Assembly: GCA_038279365.1 (NCBI GenBank)
Contig: JAYODI010000001.1
Location: 1 to 64,000 of the forward strand
Direction of reading: 5' to 3'
DNA: 64,000 nucleotides
From: Candidatus Latescibacterota bacterium
Lineage (GTDB): Bacteria; Latescibacterota; UBA2968
The position numbers and the translations under genes are program-made. This document shows, in pieces, positions 37,997 to 48,315 of the stretch. The notes under the pieces were generated by a model. It was not told the DNA's origin. It saw only the letters and a program-made list of their open reading frames with translations, and ran no database searches. Positions within the stretch are counted from its first letter, which is position 1. Each line of letters starts with the position of its first letter.

Positions 37997-40578
37997 GATT
38001 CAATTTCTTGATAAGTTGGGGCCAGTTGTTGTACGCCGCGTGCATGGCTAAAATAGGTTTGGGTGAGTATGCGAGATGTTTGTTGTAGGCGTGTTTCTAA
38101 ATAGGCCAACAATTGATCTAATGCTTCATATTTTAACGTTTTAGCATCGAGTTGAATGAGAATTTCTGGCTCAGACAATCGCAACCGGGTGGAGGCATCC
38201 AACATGAGTCGTTCGGGTTCGCTCAAGCGCTGATGATTGCCGAGTTTGGGCAACTGGGCAATGTGCTCGTTGAGACGATTCATTTGATAAACGAGTGCAC
38301 GAGGGTTGGTTTCATCGTGAAGCAACAGTTCAATAAGCGTTTGTAAATTAAGGTAAGCGCGGTATCTCCGTCTGTGGGTGATGAGGCTTTCCATAACAGA
38401 TAAAACGGTTTCTTGCAACAATTGCCCTTCAAACCCGTCGTAGGGGGTAATAAGTGTGGCACGCAACAAGGCAATTTGTAAAAGACTGCGTTCAATGCGC
38501 CGGCCGGTGTCTAAAAGGCGCCAACCCAATTCACGGGTCATGCTTTCTTGTGTTAAACCCGTAAAAGCAACCAAGCCTGTTAAAACGGCATTGAGTGCGT
38601 TTTGCACTTCTCGTAAGTCAATATTTGATCGCGTTTGGATGGAAGACCATTGGTTTTCAATGTTGTCAATCACGCGCCACGTGTCTGTAGACCACCGATC
38701 TCGAATGGCAAAGGCCGCTTGCATGAGTGATTGATGTGTAAACGATAAACTACCAAGACGTTCTTCGTTTTTTATGACGTCTAAGATTTCTTTATCGGGA
38801 TATCTCAAACGATTGGCCGCACCTTTGCCCAAAAAGCCTGGGCGGGTATCGGTAACGGTTGTAAATGCTTGCAAGAGTGCATTGCGACATTGCCGCGTTG
38901 CATTGTTGTCGTCATCTCGCTTGTCGCTGAGTTTGTTTAACACGGCTCGCAACAAGCGAATGGTGCCTTCGGCACGTTCTGTATAGCGCCCCACCCAAAA
39001 CAAGTTTTCGGCGGCACGGCTTGGTAGTGTTCCTTGACCAAAGGGGGTTGCCCGAAATTCTGTTTGCTTCCACAAACTCACGTGAGACTCAGGAACTTCG
39101 GACATGACCCAAGTATCTTTACTGCGTACAACTGTTTGTGTTGAGACCACAAAATTACCGCGTTCTGGGGCTGTTCGTGTTAAACCACCAGGCATAATGG
39201 CGTAGCTGTTTTGGTGAGAGACTGCAAAAGTTGTTAAAACAGTATAACGCGGTTCTAACTTGCCCTTGATTAAGGATGGGGCCGTTGCAAAACTGACGCG
39301 TTCTTGGCCTACATAAGCACCAGGGTCAGACAAGATTCGGTTGCGCCAAATTTCTCGCTCTTTTTGCGTAAGCAATGCACCAAAGACACGGTTTTCGCCC
39401 TGTTTTTGATAAATGGGGCTGATGACCAATTTGTCAAGGTTGTCCAGTACATATTTGCGTTCTTGTGTTTGGCCACACCACCAAGTGGCTGCCGATGGCA
39501 AAAGAAGGTCTTCCATGAGCAATGCTCTGGCGATGTTGGGCAAAAATGCCATGAGGCCAGGATTTTCGAGCACACTGCTGCCCAATGGATTGGCCACGGC
39601 CACATTGCCCAATCTTACGGCTTCAAGCAAACCAGCAACCCCCAATTGGGATTCTTCATTTAGTTCGAGGGGGTCGCAAAAGTCATCATTTACCCGTCGC
39701 AAAATGATATCAACTGGCTGTAGGCCATCAATAGACTTGAGCCAAACCTGACCGTTTCGAACGGTGAGATCATCCCCTTGGACAAGGGTATATCCCAAAT
39801 ATGAAGCCAGATAGGCATGTTCAAAATAGGTGGCGTTATATGGCCCAGGCGTGAGCATAACCACGCGTGGGTCACTTTGTTGACGGGGTGCAATTTCGGA
39901 GAGGCCTGCCTGGAGTGTGCGAAAAAAGTCGGCCATGCGACGCACGTTGCAGTCGTGAAACAATACGGGCATCACACGAGCCATGGCCGTACGGTTTTCC
40001 AGTGCATATCCCATGCCCGATGGGGCCTGTGTGCGATCGCGTAACACCCACATTTGACCATTGGGGCCACGGGCCAAATCGGCAGAAAAAATGCGCAATT
40101 GGTGTTTGACGGGCAGTTTGGTGTTTCGGCAGGGGCGTAAAAAACCGGTGTGATTATAGATAAGTTCTAAAGGTAATAAGCCCTGCTTAATGAGGTTTTG
40201 TGGTCCATATAAATCATCGAGGATGAGGTTAAATAGCTCGGCGCGTTGTTGTAAGCCCGTTTCAATATGGGCCCAGTCACTTTCGTGCAGCAGCAAGGGA
40301 ATGGGATCAAGTTCCCAAGGGCGATGCAAACCATCGGGGTCGCCATGTACGTTGTAGGTGACGCCATTTTCGCGCAACAACAAACGGGCGTCTTGACGGC
40401 GGCGTTCGAGTTCTTCGCTGCCCATTTCTTGAATGGCCGTGGTAAAGGGTTGCCAGTGTGTGCGCACCCCAGTTTGTTCGTGCCACATTTCATCATAAGT
40501 GCCTGATTCAAGCGCATATCCATTGACCAACAGGGGGTGTGTTGGTGATGTGTTGGAAGCTGTTTGTGAGATGGACAA
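37993..40578 (-). CDS. Circularly permuted type 2 ATP-grasp fused to an alpha-E domain (catalytically divergent)
   Basis: DRTQAPSG, TPG..N.YFEH, PGGLTR, SKDTW; alpha-E motifs FWVGRYTERAE and GRRIER. Confidence 0.9.
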   Translation of the reverse strand: MSISQTASNTSPTHPLLVNGYALESGTYDEMWHEQTGVRTHWQPFTTAIQEMGSEELERRRQDARLLLRENGVTYNVHGDPDGLHRPWELDPIPLLLHESDWAHIETGLQQRAELFNLILDDLYGPQNLIKQGLLPLELIYNHTGFLRPCRNTKLPVKHQLRIFSADLARGPNGQMWVLRDRTQAPSGMGYALENRTAMARVMPVLFHDCNVRRMADFFRTLQAGLSEIAPRQQSDPRVVMLTPGPYNATYFEHAYLASYLGYTLVQGDDLTVRNGQVWLKSIDGLQPVDIILRRVNDDFCDPLELNEESQLGVAGLLEAVRLGNVAVANPLGSSVLENPGLMAFLPNIARALLMEDLLLPSAATWWCGQTQERKYVLDNLDKLVISPIYQKQGENRVFGALLTQKEREIWRNRILSDPGAYVGQERVSFATAPSLIKGKLEPRYTVLTTFAVSHQNSYAIMPGGLTRTAPERGNFVVSTQTVVRSKDTWVMSEVPESHVSLWKQTEFRATPFGQGTLPSRAAENLFWVGRYTERAEGTIRLLRAVLNKLSDKRDDDNNATRQCRNALLQAFTTVTDTRPGFLGKGAANRLRYPDKEILDVIKNEERLGSLSFTHQSLMQAAFAIRDRWSTDTWRVIDNIENQWSSIQTRSNIDLREVQNALNAVLTGLVAFTGLTQESMTRELGWRLLDTGRRIERSLLQIALLRATLITPYDGFEGQLLQETVLSVMESLITHRRRYRAYLNLQTLIELLLHDETNPRALVYQMNRLNEHIAQLPKLGNHQRLSEPERLMLDASTRLRLSEPEILIQLDAKTLKYEALDQLLAYLETRLQQTSRILTQTYFSHARGVQQLAPTYQEIES

Positions 40579-40644
40579 TGGGTATCCTTTTTATTTTATC
40601 GATATGATAAATGAGGTGTCACCAAACAAAATCTGAAACTTGGT

Positions 40645-43600
40645 CTATTCATGCAATGGTTTTTTACGCAAATCAAGTGTGTGTGGATATTCAGGATCTG
40701 GATCTTCTTCTGGTGCTTGCATGGGGCCTACCGGATGTCCCTCTGGAACAAAGTGACCACCTGTTGATGCCAGTGGAGGGGGTTGCAATGTGCCGGGGGT
40801 GTGCCCTTCATCTTGAAAGCGCGTGACCCGACGGGCTTCTGCTTCGTAGGCATTGATGGGCAGTGTTTCATAATTGCGCCCACCAGGGTGCATCACATGG
40901 TAGGTACACCCGCCAACAGATTTTTGATTCCAAGTATCTATGAGGTCAAAAACGAGGGGTGTGTGAATACCAATTGTGGGGTGCAATCCCGATGGCGGTT
41001 GCCAGGCGCGATAACGCACCCCTGCCACATATTCACCGTGGGTGCCGGTAGATTGTAAGGGCAAACGACGCCCATTGCAGGTGACCGCATATCGGCTTTC
41101 GGTGAGGCCTTTGAGTTTGATTTGCAAGCGCTCTACAGACGAGTCGACAAAACGCGCAGTGCCAGAGCGGGTGACCTCTTCACCGAGTACGTGCCAGGGC
41201 TCAATGGCTTGATGCAATTCAATTTGGATGTCGTGCAAGTTGAGTTTGCCATAAAGCGGAAAACGAAATTCAAAAAAGGGATCGAGCCATTCCAATTGAA
41301 AGGGATAACCCGATTCTTTGAGGGTGTTGACCACATCTTTTAAGTCGGCCCTGACAAAATGAGGCAACATAAATCGGTCGTAGAGTGTGGTGCCCCATCT
41401 GACGAGTTCACCCGTGTAGGGTTTATTCCAAAATTTGGCCACCAAAGTACGCACCAAAAGGGCTTGTACCAAGCTCATTTGTGCATGGGGGGGCATTTCA
41501 AAAGCGCGCAGTTCAAGTATGCCCAAACGGCCCGATGACGAGTCGGGCGAATAGAGTTTGTCGATACAAAATTCGGCGCGGTGTGTGTTGCCCGTCATAT
41601 CGACCAACAAATGTCGCAATAGGCGATCGACCAACCAGGGTTGATGGTTTTCGCCTTTGGGCATTTGCTGAAAAGCCACTTCTAATTCATATAGATTTTC
41701 TTCTCGGGCTTCATCTATGCGAGGTGCTTGGCTGGTTGGGCCGATAAACATGCCCGAAAACAAATAGGACAGCCCTGGATGATGTTGCCAAAAGGTGAGA
41801 AAACTGCGCAACAGGTCGGGGCGTCTGAGCATGGGGCTGTCGGCGGGTGTTGTGCCACCGAGTGTAATGTGATTGCCCCCACCCGTGCCCGTATGTCGTC
41901 CATCGAGCATAAATTTTTCAGCAGTAAGGCGCGACTGACGGGCTTCTTCATATAAGGTGGTGGTATTGTGTGCCAACTCTGCCCAGTTTTTGGCAGGGTG
42001 GATGTTGACTTCCAAAATACCTGGATCGGGTGTGACCAAAATGCGTTCGAGTCGGTTGTCTCGTGGCAGATCATAACCTTCGATCACAACTGGTGTGTTA
42101 CAGGCTTTGGCCGCAGATTCAATGGTTGCAATCAGGTCAAGTGCGGGTTCTAAGTGTGAAAGAGGGGGCAAAAAGACATAAAGATGGCCATTGCGAATTT
42201 CAGTACACAATGCTGTACGGATGGTGATGTTTTCTGCTGGTTTTGTTGGTTGCTTTGGGTGCTGAATGCGATCTGTAACGACTTGGGCAAAGTTGGGTAA
42301 CGGAGATACGGGTTCAAAGAGAGAGGGTTCGGGCCATTGTTCGGGTTCTTTTTTGTCTATAGATGACAGAGGTAAACGAAAGCCAATGGCCGAGTCACCG
42401 GGAATGAGAAACATATGCCCGTTTCTAAACGCCCAATGACTGCTTTGCCACGTATTGTTTTTGACATCCCAATGAATGGGCAAGACATACCCGGTGGGTT
42501 TGTCTAAACCTTGAGCGAGTGATTTGGCCAAAAAACGGCGTGAAGCTGGGCTATTAAGATCGGCTTTGGTGGGGTCTACATCTATGGGTAATTTGTTTTC
42601 TTCCCATAAGTTGTAAACAATGTCTTCATAACCTGGGCAGATGTTGGCCGATGGTACTTGCAAGCGGTTGGCAATTTCGACGAGCAACTTTTGGGCGTCT
42701 GTTTGGTTGCCTTTTTTATCGGGCGTGGCCAAGAGTGTTTCATCGTTCCAAATGGGCACACCGTCTTTGCGCCAATAGTTACCAAACTGCCAACGTGGTA
42801 AAGGTTCACCAGGGTATTGTTTTCCTTGGCCAAAAATGAAGACACCGCCTGGGCCAAATTTTTGGCGCAGGCGTTTAAGCAAAACGATGGCGCGTTCTCT
42901 TTTTTGCGGGCCATCGGCACTGGTGTTCCATTCAGCAGCGTCTGGATCGTCTATGGAGACGAAAGTGGGTTCGCCGCCCATTGTCAGGCGAACATCTCCC
43001 TGTTCAAGGTCTTGATCAACGCGTTGTGCCAATGTTTCTATGGCGGTCCATTGTGTTTGGGTATAGGGTTTGGTTACACGTGGATCTTCGTGCACACGGG
43101 TCACTTTGTTTTCATAGGAAAATTCAACTTCGGCTTTTTCGGCATTTCCCGTAATGGGTGCCGCACCTTGAGGCGTAGGTGTGCATGCCAATGGGATATG
43201 TCCTTCACCTGCAAACAAACCCGATGTTGGGTCTAAGCCCACCCATCCGGCACCGGGAATGTAGACTTCGGTCCAAGCATGAAGGTCTGTAAAGTCTTGG
43301 GTGGGGCCTGTTGGGCCATCGAGTGCTTTTTCATCGGGCGTGAGTTGAACCAAATACCCAGAAACAAAACGTGCAGCCAAACCGAGGTTGCGCAAAATTT
43401 GAACGAGCAACCATCCTGTATCTCGGCAAGACCCCAGTGCTTTGCCAAGGGTTTCTTCGCAGGTTTGTACACCCGGTTCAAAACGAATGGTGTATTCGAT
43501 GTCTTGTTGCAGTTTTTGATTGAGACCAACCAAAAAGTCTACGGTTGGTTTTTTTGTGCGCGATACACCTGACATCCACTTGGTTAATAAGGGGCCATTT

Positions 43601-43965
43601 TCCGACAATTCGAGATAGGGAACAAGTTGCTTTTGAAGATGGTCGTCGTATTGAAAGGGGATGTGTTCAGAGGTTTCATCGAGAAAAAAATCGAAGGGGT
43701 TGATGACTGTCATGTCTGCAATGACTTCCACATCCATAAACAGCTCTCGGGTTTTTTCAGGAAAAACCACGCGGGCTTGATAGTTGCCAAATGGGTCTTG
43801 TTGCCAATTGGTAAAGTTTTCTTCAGGGCGCAGTTTAAAGGAATAAGACTCTATGGGTGTACGACAATGTGGGGCGGGTTTGAGACGAAATATATGAGGC
43901 GACAAAGAGATGAGGCGGTCGTATTTGTAGTGGGTCTGGTGCCTGATGGCAACACGAATAGACAC
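40645..43965 (-). CDS. Transglutaminase domain fused to a DUF2126-type putative COOH-NH2 amidoligase
   Basis: GSCRD, LHAW, LDPTSG; then MGGEPTF, PDPGILEVN, GGGNH, GPTSQAPR, ELRAFEM. Confidence 0.9.
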   Translation of the reverse strand: MSIRVAIRHQTHYKYDRLISLSPHIFRLKPAPHCRTPIESYSFKLRPEENFTNWQQDPFGNYQARVVFPEKTRELFMDVEVIADMTVINPFDFFLDETSEHIPFQYDDHLQKQLVPYLELSENGPLLTKWMSGVSRTKKPTVDFLVGLNQKLQQDIEYTIRFEPGVQTCEETLGKALGSCRDTGWLLVQILRNLGLAARFVSGYLVQLTPDEKALDGPTGPTQDFTDLHAWTEVYIPGAGWVGLDPTSGLFAGEGHIPLACTPTPQGAAPITGNAEKAEVEFSYENKVTRVHEDPRVTKPYTQTQWTAIETLAQRVDQDLEQGDVRLTMGGEPTFVSIDDPDAAEWNTSADGPQKRERAIVLLKRLRQKFGPGGVFIFGQGKQYPGEPLPRWQFGNYWRKDGVPIWNDETLLATPDKKGNQTDAQKLLVEIANRLQVPSANICPGYEDIVYNLWEENKLPIDVDPTKADLNSPASRRFLAKSLAQGLDKPTGYVLPIHWDVKNNTWQSSHWAFRNGHMFLIPGDSAIGFRLPLSSIDKKEPEQWPEPSLFEPVSPLPNFAQVVTDRIQHPKQPTKPAENITIRTALCTEIRNGHLYVFLPPLSHLEPALDLIATIESAAKACNTPVVIEGYDLPRDNRLERILVTPDPGILEVNIHPAKNWAELAHNTTTLYEEARQSRLTAEKFMLDGRHTGTGGGNHITLGGTTPADSPMLRRPDLLRSFLTFWQHHPGLSYLFSGMFIGPTSQAPRIDEAREENLYELEVAFQQMPKGENHQPWLVDRLLRHLLVDMTGNTHRAEFCIDKLYSPDSSSGRLGILELRAFEMPPHAQMSLVQALLVRTLVAKFWNKPYTGELVRWGTTLYDRFMLPHFVRADLKDVVNTLKESGYPFQLEWLDPFFEFRFPLYGKLNLHDIQIELHQAIEPWHVLGEEVTRSGTARFVDSSVERLQIKLKGLTESRYAVTCNGRRLPLQSTGTHGEYVAGVRYRAWQPPSGLHPTIGIHTPLVFDLIDTWNQKSVGGCTYHVMHPGGRNYETLPINAYEAEARRVTRFQDEGHTPGTLQPPPLASTGGHFVPEGHPVGPMQAPEEDPDPEYPHTLDLRKKPLHE

Positions 43966-44013
43966 GGTAACTCCTTTTGTGTCGTGAACACATTGATTGA
44001 TGCGCGTGCAAAT

Positions 44014-44973
44014 TTACACGGATGTTTCTGCGGGATCAATTGTGAAAAATGTTTCAAATGTGGCTTGGTCTACCTCGTTAATGTCGATTTGGGTTTGATC
44101 GAGGAATTCGTGTAACCCAATGGCAAAAATTTCTTCTATGTTTGTGTAGTTTAGTTGTGCGCTTAAACGCCCCAATTTTTGTTCAACGGGGTTGTGAAAT
44201 GTGTGTAGAGGTGAGCCTGTAATGGCCCCAATGGTTTTTTGTGCTTCCATGAGGCAATATTGAATGGATCGCGGAAAAACGTGGTCTAAAATAAGGAACT
44301 CGACCACATTTTCAGGATTGATATTGCCGTGTTTTTTGCGATAGGCTTCTAACCCACTGGTCGATTTGAGCAGGGCAGACCATTGAATATTATCAAATGG
44401 GGTGCCGATATCGGTTATGGAGGGTAAGAGCAAGAAGTATTTTACATCGAGAATGCGTGATGTTTTATCGGCGCGTTCGAGCAACCCGCCTAAGTGGCCA
44501 AAATACCATGCTTCATCACGGGGCATGGTGGTATAGGTAATGCCTGTAAAGAGATGGCTGGCTTCTTTGATATTGGTATAATAAGCATGCATAGAATCTA
44601 TGGCGCGTCTGCGATCGCTTTTTTGTACCATGTGATAAAATTTGTTGATTTGTTCCCACATTTCGGAGGAGATAATTTCGCGAATGGAACGTGCATTTTC
44701 GCGGGCTGCAAACAGACAAGATGCAATGGAATTGGGATTTTTTTCGTGGAATGTCAGAAATTCAATGACATTTTCGCGTGTGGTTTCGGCATAGTATTGT
44801 TTAAACAAGTCTTGGTCGCCCGTGGTATATAACAAGGCTTCCCATTGATTGGCAGGTGTAAGCGGCAGGTCGAGCATGAGGTGACCATTTACTTCGATAA
44901 AACGTGCCACATTTTCGGCTCTTTCAACATATCGGCTCATCCAATAGATGGCTTGTGCAGTTCTGCTGAGCAT
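44014..44973 (-). CDS. Alpha-E domain protein (DUF403-type)
   Basis: MLSR.A..YWMSRYVERAEN, ARENAR, LERADKT.R, FPRS. Confidence 0.92.
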   Translation of the reverse strand: MLSRTAQAIYWMSRYVERAENVARFIEVNGHLMLDLPLTPANQWEALLYTTGDQDLFKQYYAETTRENVIEFLTFHEKNPNSIASCLFAARENARSIREIISSEMWEQINKFYHMVQKSDRRRAIDSMHAYYTNIKEASHLFTGITYTTMPRDEAWYFGHLGGLLERADKTSRILDVKYFLLLPSITDIGTPFDNIQWSALLKSTSGLEAYRKKHGNINPENVVEFLILDHVFPRSIQYCLMEAQKTIGAITGSPLHTFHNPVEQKLGRLSAQLNYTNIEEIFAIGLHEFLDQTQIDINEVDQATFETFFTIDPAETSV

Positions 44974-45039
44974 GATATTTCCTCATTTTTTGAGATCATT
45001 TGTTATCAATTTCCGATATTTGTGTAGTATTGATCTGTT

Positions 45040-46506
45040 TTAAAACTGCGTTTGCCATTGTCGTGTGTCTTTTTCGTCATAGAGCACCCAAGAATCTTTG
45101 CTGCCGCCCCCTTGTGACGAATTGACGACCAATGAGCCTTTTTTGAGGGCAACGCGTGTAAGGCCACCAGGCAAAATATAAGTGTCTTCACCGTAGAGAA
45201 TGTAAGGGCGTAAATCGACATGGCGGCCTTCAAAGCCTGTTTCGGTTAAAATGGGCGCACGCGATAGGCCCAAGGTGGGTTGGGCAATGTAATTGCGCGG
45301 GTTGGCTGCAATGCGTTTTGCAAAGTCGTCTCGTTCTGCTTGGGTTGAGTTGGTGCCAATGAGCATGCCATATCCACCAGACTCGTTGGCGGCTTTGACC
45401 ACAAGTTTGTCCAAATTTTCTAAGACATATGTGCAATCTTTTTCATCCCAACATAAATAGGTGGGCACATTGGGTATGATGGCATCTTCGTCGAGGTAGT
45501 ATTTAATCATTTTGGGCACATAAGCATAAACCACTTTGTCGTCTGCCACACCGGTGCCGGGGGCATTGGCAATGACCACTCGCCCTGCTTTGTAGACATC
45601 CATAATGCCAGGAACACCCAGCATCGAATCTTTGCGAAAGGTTTTGGGATCGATGAAGTCGTCGTCGATGCGGCGATAAATGACATCAATGCGTTGCAAA
45701 CCGTGTGTGGTGCGGGCATTGACAAAGCCATTGGCCACCACGAGGTCACGCCCTTCAACCAGTTCTATGCCCATTTGTTGGGCCAAAAAAGAGTGTTCAA
45801 AATAAGCTGAGTTATAAATGCCTGGGGTGAGTACCACCACACGTGGGTCGCTGTTATATGTGGGGGCCACCGAGCGCAAGTTGTCGAGCAAACGGCTTGG
45901 GTAGTCGTCTATGGGGCGCACTCGGGATGCTTCAAATACATTGGGAAAGGTTCTTTTGAGTACTTCTCTGTTTTCGAGCACATAGGAGACACCCGATGGG
46001 CAGCGGAGGTTGTCTTCGAGAATATAAAATTGTCCATCGACGTCTCTGACGAGGTCGATACCGGAAATGTGGCACCAAATATCTTTGGGAGGTTTGAGGC
46101 CAATACAAGGTGTGAGATAGCCTTTTGACGATTCTATGACGTGAGCGGGTATGACACCGTCTTTGACGATTTTTTGCTCGTGGTAGATGTCATTTAAAAA
46201 GAGGTTGAGCGCGTGAATGCGTTGTTGGAGCCCTTTTTCTATTCCAGCCCAATCTTTGGCTTCTATGATGCGGGGGATAATATCAAACGGGAATATTTTT
46301 TCGGTGCCATCTTCATCGCCATATACGTTAAATGTAATGCCCATGTTCATGAGGGCAACTTCGGCTGCTTGTTGGCGACGGCGCAGTTCTGATTCGGAGA
46401 GGGTTTCTAATTTTTCTGCCAATATTTTTGCACCATCTCTGGGTTCACCATTGGGGCCAATAATTTCGTCATAGAAGTTGTTGAGGTCGTAGTTCTTAAA
46501 ATTCAT
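45040..46506 (-). CDS. Circularly permuted type 2 ATP-grasp protein
   Basis: LEDNLRCPSGVSY, NSAYFEH, YRRIDD, GGYG, DLRP, NSSQGGGSKD. Likely start is ATG 46506 after a GGGAG SD. Confidence 0.93.
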   Translation of the reverse strand: MNFKNYDLNNFYDEIIGPNGEPRDGAKILAEKLETLSESELRRRQQAAEVALMNMGITFNVYGDEDGTEKIFPFDIIPRIIEAKDWAGIEKGLQQRIHALNLFLNDIYHEQKIVKDGVIPAHVIESSKGYLTPCIGLKPPKDIWCHISGIDLVRDVDGQFYILEDNLRCPSGVSYVLENREVLKRTFPNVFEASRVRPIDDYPSRLLDNLRSVAPTYNSDPRVVVLTPGIYNSAYFEHSFLAQQMGIELVEGRDLVVANGFVNARTTHGLQRIDVIYRRIDDDFIDPKTFRKDSMLGVPGIMDVYKAGRVVIANAPGTGVADDKVVYAYVPKMIKYYLDEDAIIPNVPTYLCWDEKDCTYVLENLDKLVVKAANESGGYGMLIGTNSTQAERDDFAKRIAANPRNYIAQPTLGLSRAPILTETGFEGRHVDLRPYILYGEDTYILPGGLTRVALKKGSLVVNSSQGGGSKDSWVLYDEKDTRQWQTQF

Positions 46507-46726
46507 ATACGTCTCCCAAGTAGAATAGATATAGCGACCCGTGGCAGACAGATGAGATGGCAACATCTGAGGTGGCTGTAATGTGACAGTTGTGGTGGAT
46601 TTGGCAATAAGACAGATCGTTATGATGCGATTTGGCATCTTTGAAAACTTATGCCTAAAATTAGAAAAATTGTAAATGTTATATTTAATATATGTTTATG
46701 TTTTAATTGGTCAAGGCATGCTTTTG

Positions 46727-46742
46727 TGGCACAAGACATGCT
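46727..46742 (+). promoter_or_regulatory. Putative sigma54 (-24/-12) promoter
   Basis: TGGCACAAGACATGCT = GG-N10-GC, preceded by an AT-rich tract. Confidence 0.55.
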
Positions 46743-46842
46743 CTACAAAACAGTGCATGATTTTGGTTTTAAAAGCAAGGGCGATTATTATTCTCAAAAT
46801 ATGTTCTGTATGTGCGGGTTCGATTGCACAAAGGAGGTTGTT

Positions 46843-47103
46843 GTGACCTTGAATCCTATTGCAAGTTTACAAGCTCAGTTGCTGGCCGATATGGAGCGAT
46901 TTGGCAATTTAATGCATCGTTATAACTTGGGCGATACGTCGGCCAAAATAGAACGCGATGAGCTTGAAGGTGCTGTGGAGATTAAATTGGCAATTTTAGA
47001 AGGGCTCAAACGCATTGAAGAAGAGGAGATGGCATTCAATGACGATTTGATGGACGAGGATATCGAAGTTTTAGAGGATATTGAAGAAGATGAAGAGTGG
47101 TAG
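46843..47103 (+). CDS. Small hypothetical protein (86 aa) with a highly acidic C-terminal tail
   Basis: Strong SD AAGGAGG then GTG 46843; helical N-terminal part; 17 of the last 28 residues are D/E. Confidence 0.7.
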   Translation: MTLNPIASLQAQLLADMERFGNLMHRYNLGDTSAKIERDELEGAVEIKLAILEGLKRIEEEEMAFNDDLMDEDIEVLEDIEEDEEW

Positions 47104-47186
47104 AATTGGCTAAAGAGGTTTCTGAAGAGCTTTAGGGCACGGTTTCCGTGTTCTTCGATTGCAGTAGATGGAGAGGGTTCAGGTAG

Positions 47187-47228
47187 ACGCTGGCTTCTTA
47201 AGTATTTTTAAGAAGCCAGCGTTTTTTT
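47187..47228 (+). terminator. Intrinsic terminator
   Basis: ACGCTGGCTTCTTAA…TTAAGAAGCCAGCGT followed by a T tract. Confidence 0.8.
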
Positions 47229-48219
47229 ATGGAATGGTGATAAAGGTGCCATTTTGTTGGGCCGATTGTTCAGCTGCAATACAGGCTTTGGCAACTGCGA
47301 GGGTGTCGTTTGTGCTGATGAAGTGTTCTTCTCCACGTGATAACGCGTCGATCATGTTTTGTACAAAATGTTCGCGTGAAGGGGGCAATGTGGGCTCGTA
47401 AGTGCCCGATTTGTTGGAAACGATGAGCACGTGGTCGTTGGCATAGGCGCGCAGATGAGCAGAACCTTCGGTGCCCATGATGATGAATCGGGTATCGCCA
47501 AAAGATTTGGCGTCTTTGGGGGTGAGCCAATCGGCAGTTACGGTGGCCAGTGCACCGTTGCTGAGTTGATATGATGCTTGCACATGATCAAATGTAAGAC
47601 CTGAGCCTTTGTGTTTTTTGAGGGTTCCCAAAGCATGAACACCAGTGTATTCTGCACCTGTGAGCCATCGAATTTGATCCACGCCGTGACCGGCCAAGTC
47701 GTGAAAGGTGCCCACATATTTGTTGGCATCAAAGTAGAGTGGGGGTGGGTTGTTGCCAATTTTGTGGGGGTGTGTGGAGATGAGGCTCACGAGTTCACCT
47801 AAGTCACCATTGAGAATGGCGTCGCGAAGGGCAATGAATACGGTGTGACTGCGTGATGTAAAAAAGGTAGAGAGTTTGATGCCACTTGTTTCAACCGCTG
47901 TTTGGATGCGTTGCCATTCTTCTTGGGTGCGGCAAAGGGGTTTGTCTAAGAGCACATGAATGCCCGCTTTGGCACAGGTTTCGATCACATCTGTTTTTTC
48001 TTCATGTGAAAGCCCTTCAATAATCAGATCGGGTTTGGCTTGGTCTATCAGGTCGTTTAGAGATGTATAACGAGGGATTTTGTTTTCAGCGGTGTATTTT
48101 TCATAAAGTGAATCGTTGGCTTCTACCATGCCAACAATTTCGCCATTGTTTGCCTGAACTGCCGAGCGAAACATGCCACCAATGTGGCCATAATGAACGC
48201 CCATAATACCGATTTTCAT
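47227..48219 (-). CDS. Gfo/Idh/MocA family NAD(P)-dependent oxidoreductase
   Basis: HVLLDKPL, DLAGHGVD..RWL, GTEGS. Confidence 0.85.
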   Translation of the reverse strand: MKIGIMGVHYGHIGGMFRSAVQANNGEIVGMVEANDSLYEKYTAENKIPRYTSLNDLIDQAKPDLIIEGLSHEEKTDVIETCAKAGIHVLLDKPLCRTQEEWQRIQTAVETSGIKLSTFFTSRSHTVFIALRDAILNGDLGELVSLISTHPHKIGNNPPPLYFDANKYVGTFHDLAGHGVDQIRWLTGAEYTGVHALGTLKKHKGSGLTFDHVQASYQLSNGALATVTADWLTPKDAKSFGDTRFIIMGTEGSAHLRAYANDHVLIVSNKSGTYEPTLPPSREHFVQNMIDALSRGEEHFISTNDTLAVAKACIAAEQSAQQNGTFITIP

Positions 48220-48240
48220 AAGATTACCTTTTTTAAGAAA

Positions 48241-48315
48241 TGTCTCAGGTCTCAGGTCTGCAGGTCAAAACCATTGCTTGTGACTTGTAGACTTGTGACC
48301 GTTTGACCTTGTCGT
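48241..48315. repeat. Degenerate heptamer inverted-repeat element
   Basis: TCTCAGG TCTCAGG TCTGCAGG TC … CTTGTGA CTTGTAGA CTTGTGA. Confidence 0.55.

Noticed and set aside
46651-46842. N-terminal extension of the 150-aa ORF
   Set aside because: It runs through AT-rich promoter DNA; the strong SD points to GTG 46843.
46843-47103. LysW/AmCP carrier protein or Pup
   Set aside because: No Zn-ribbon cysteines and no terminal EDWGE or GGE/GGQ; it ends in EEW.
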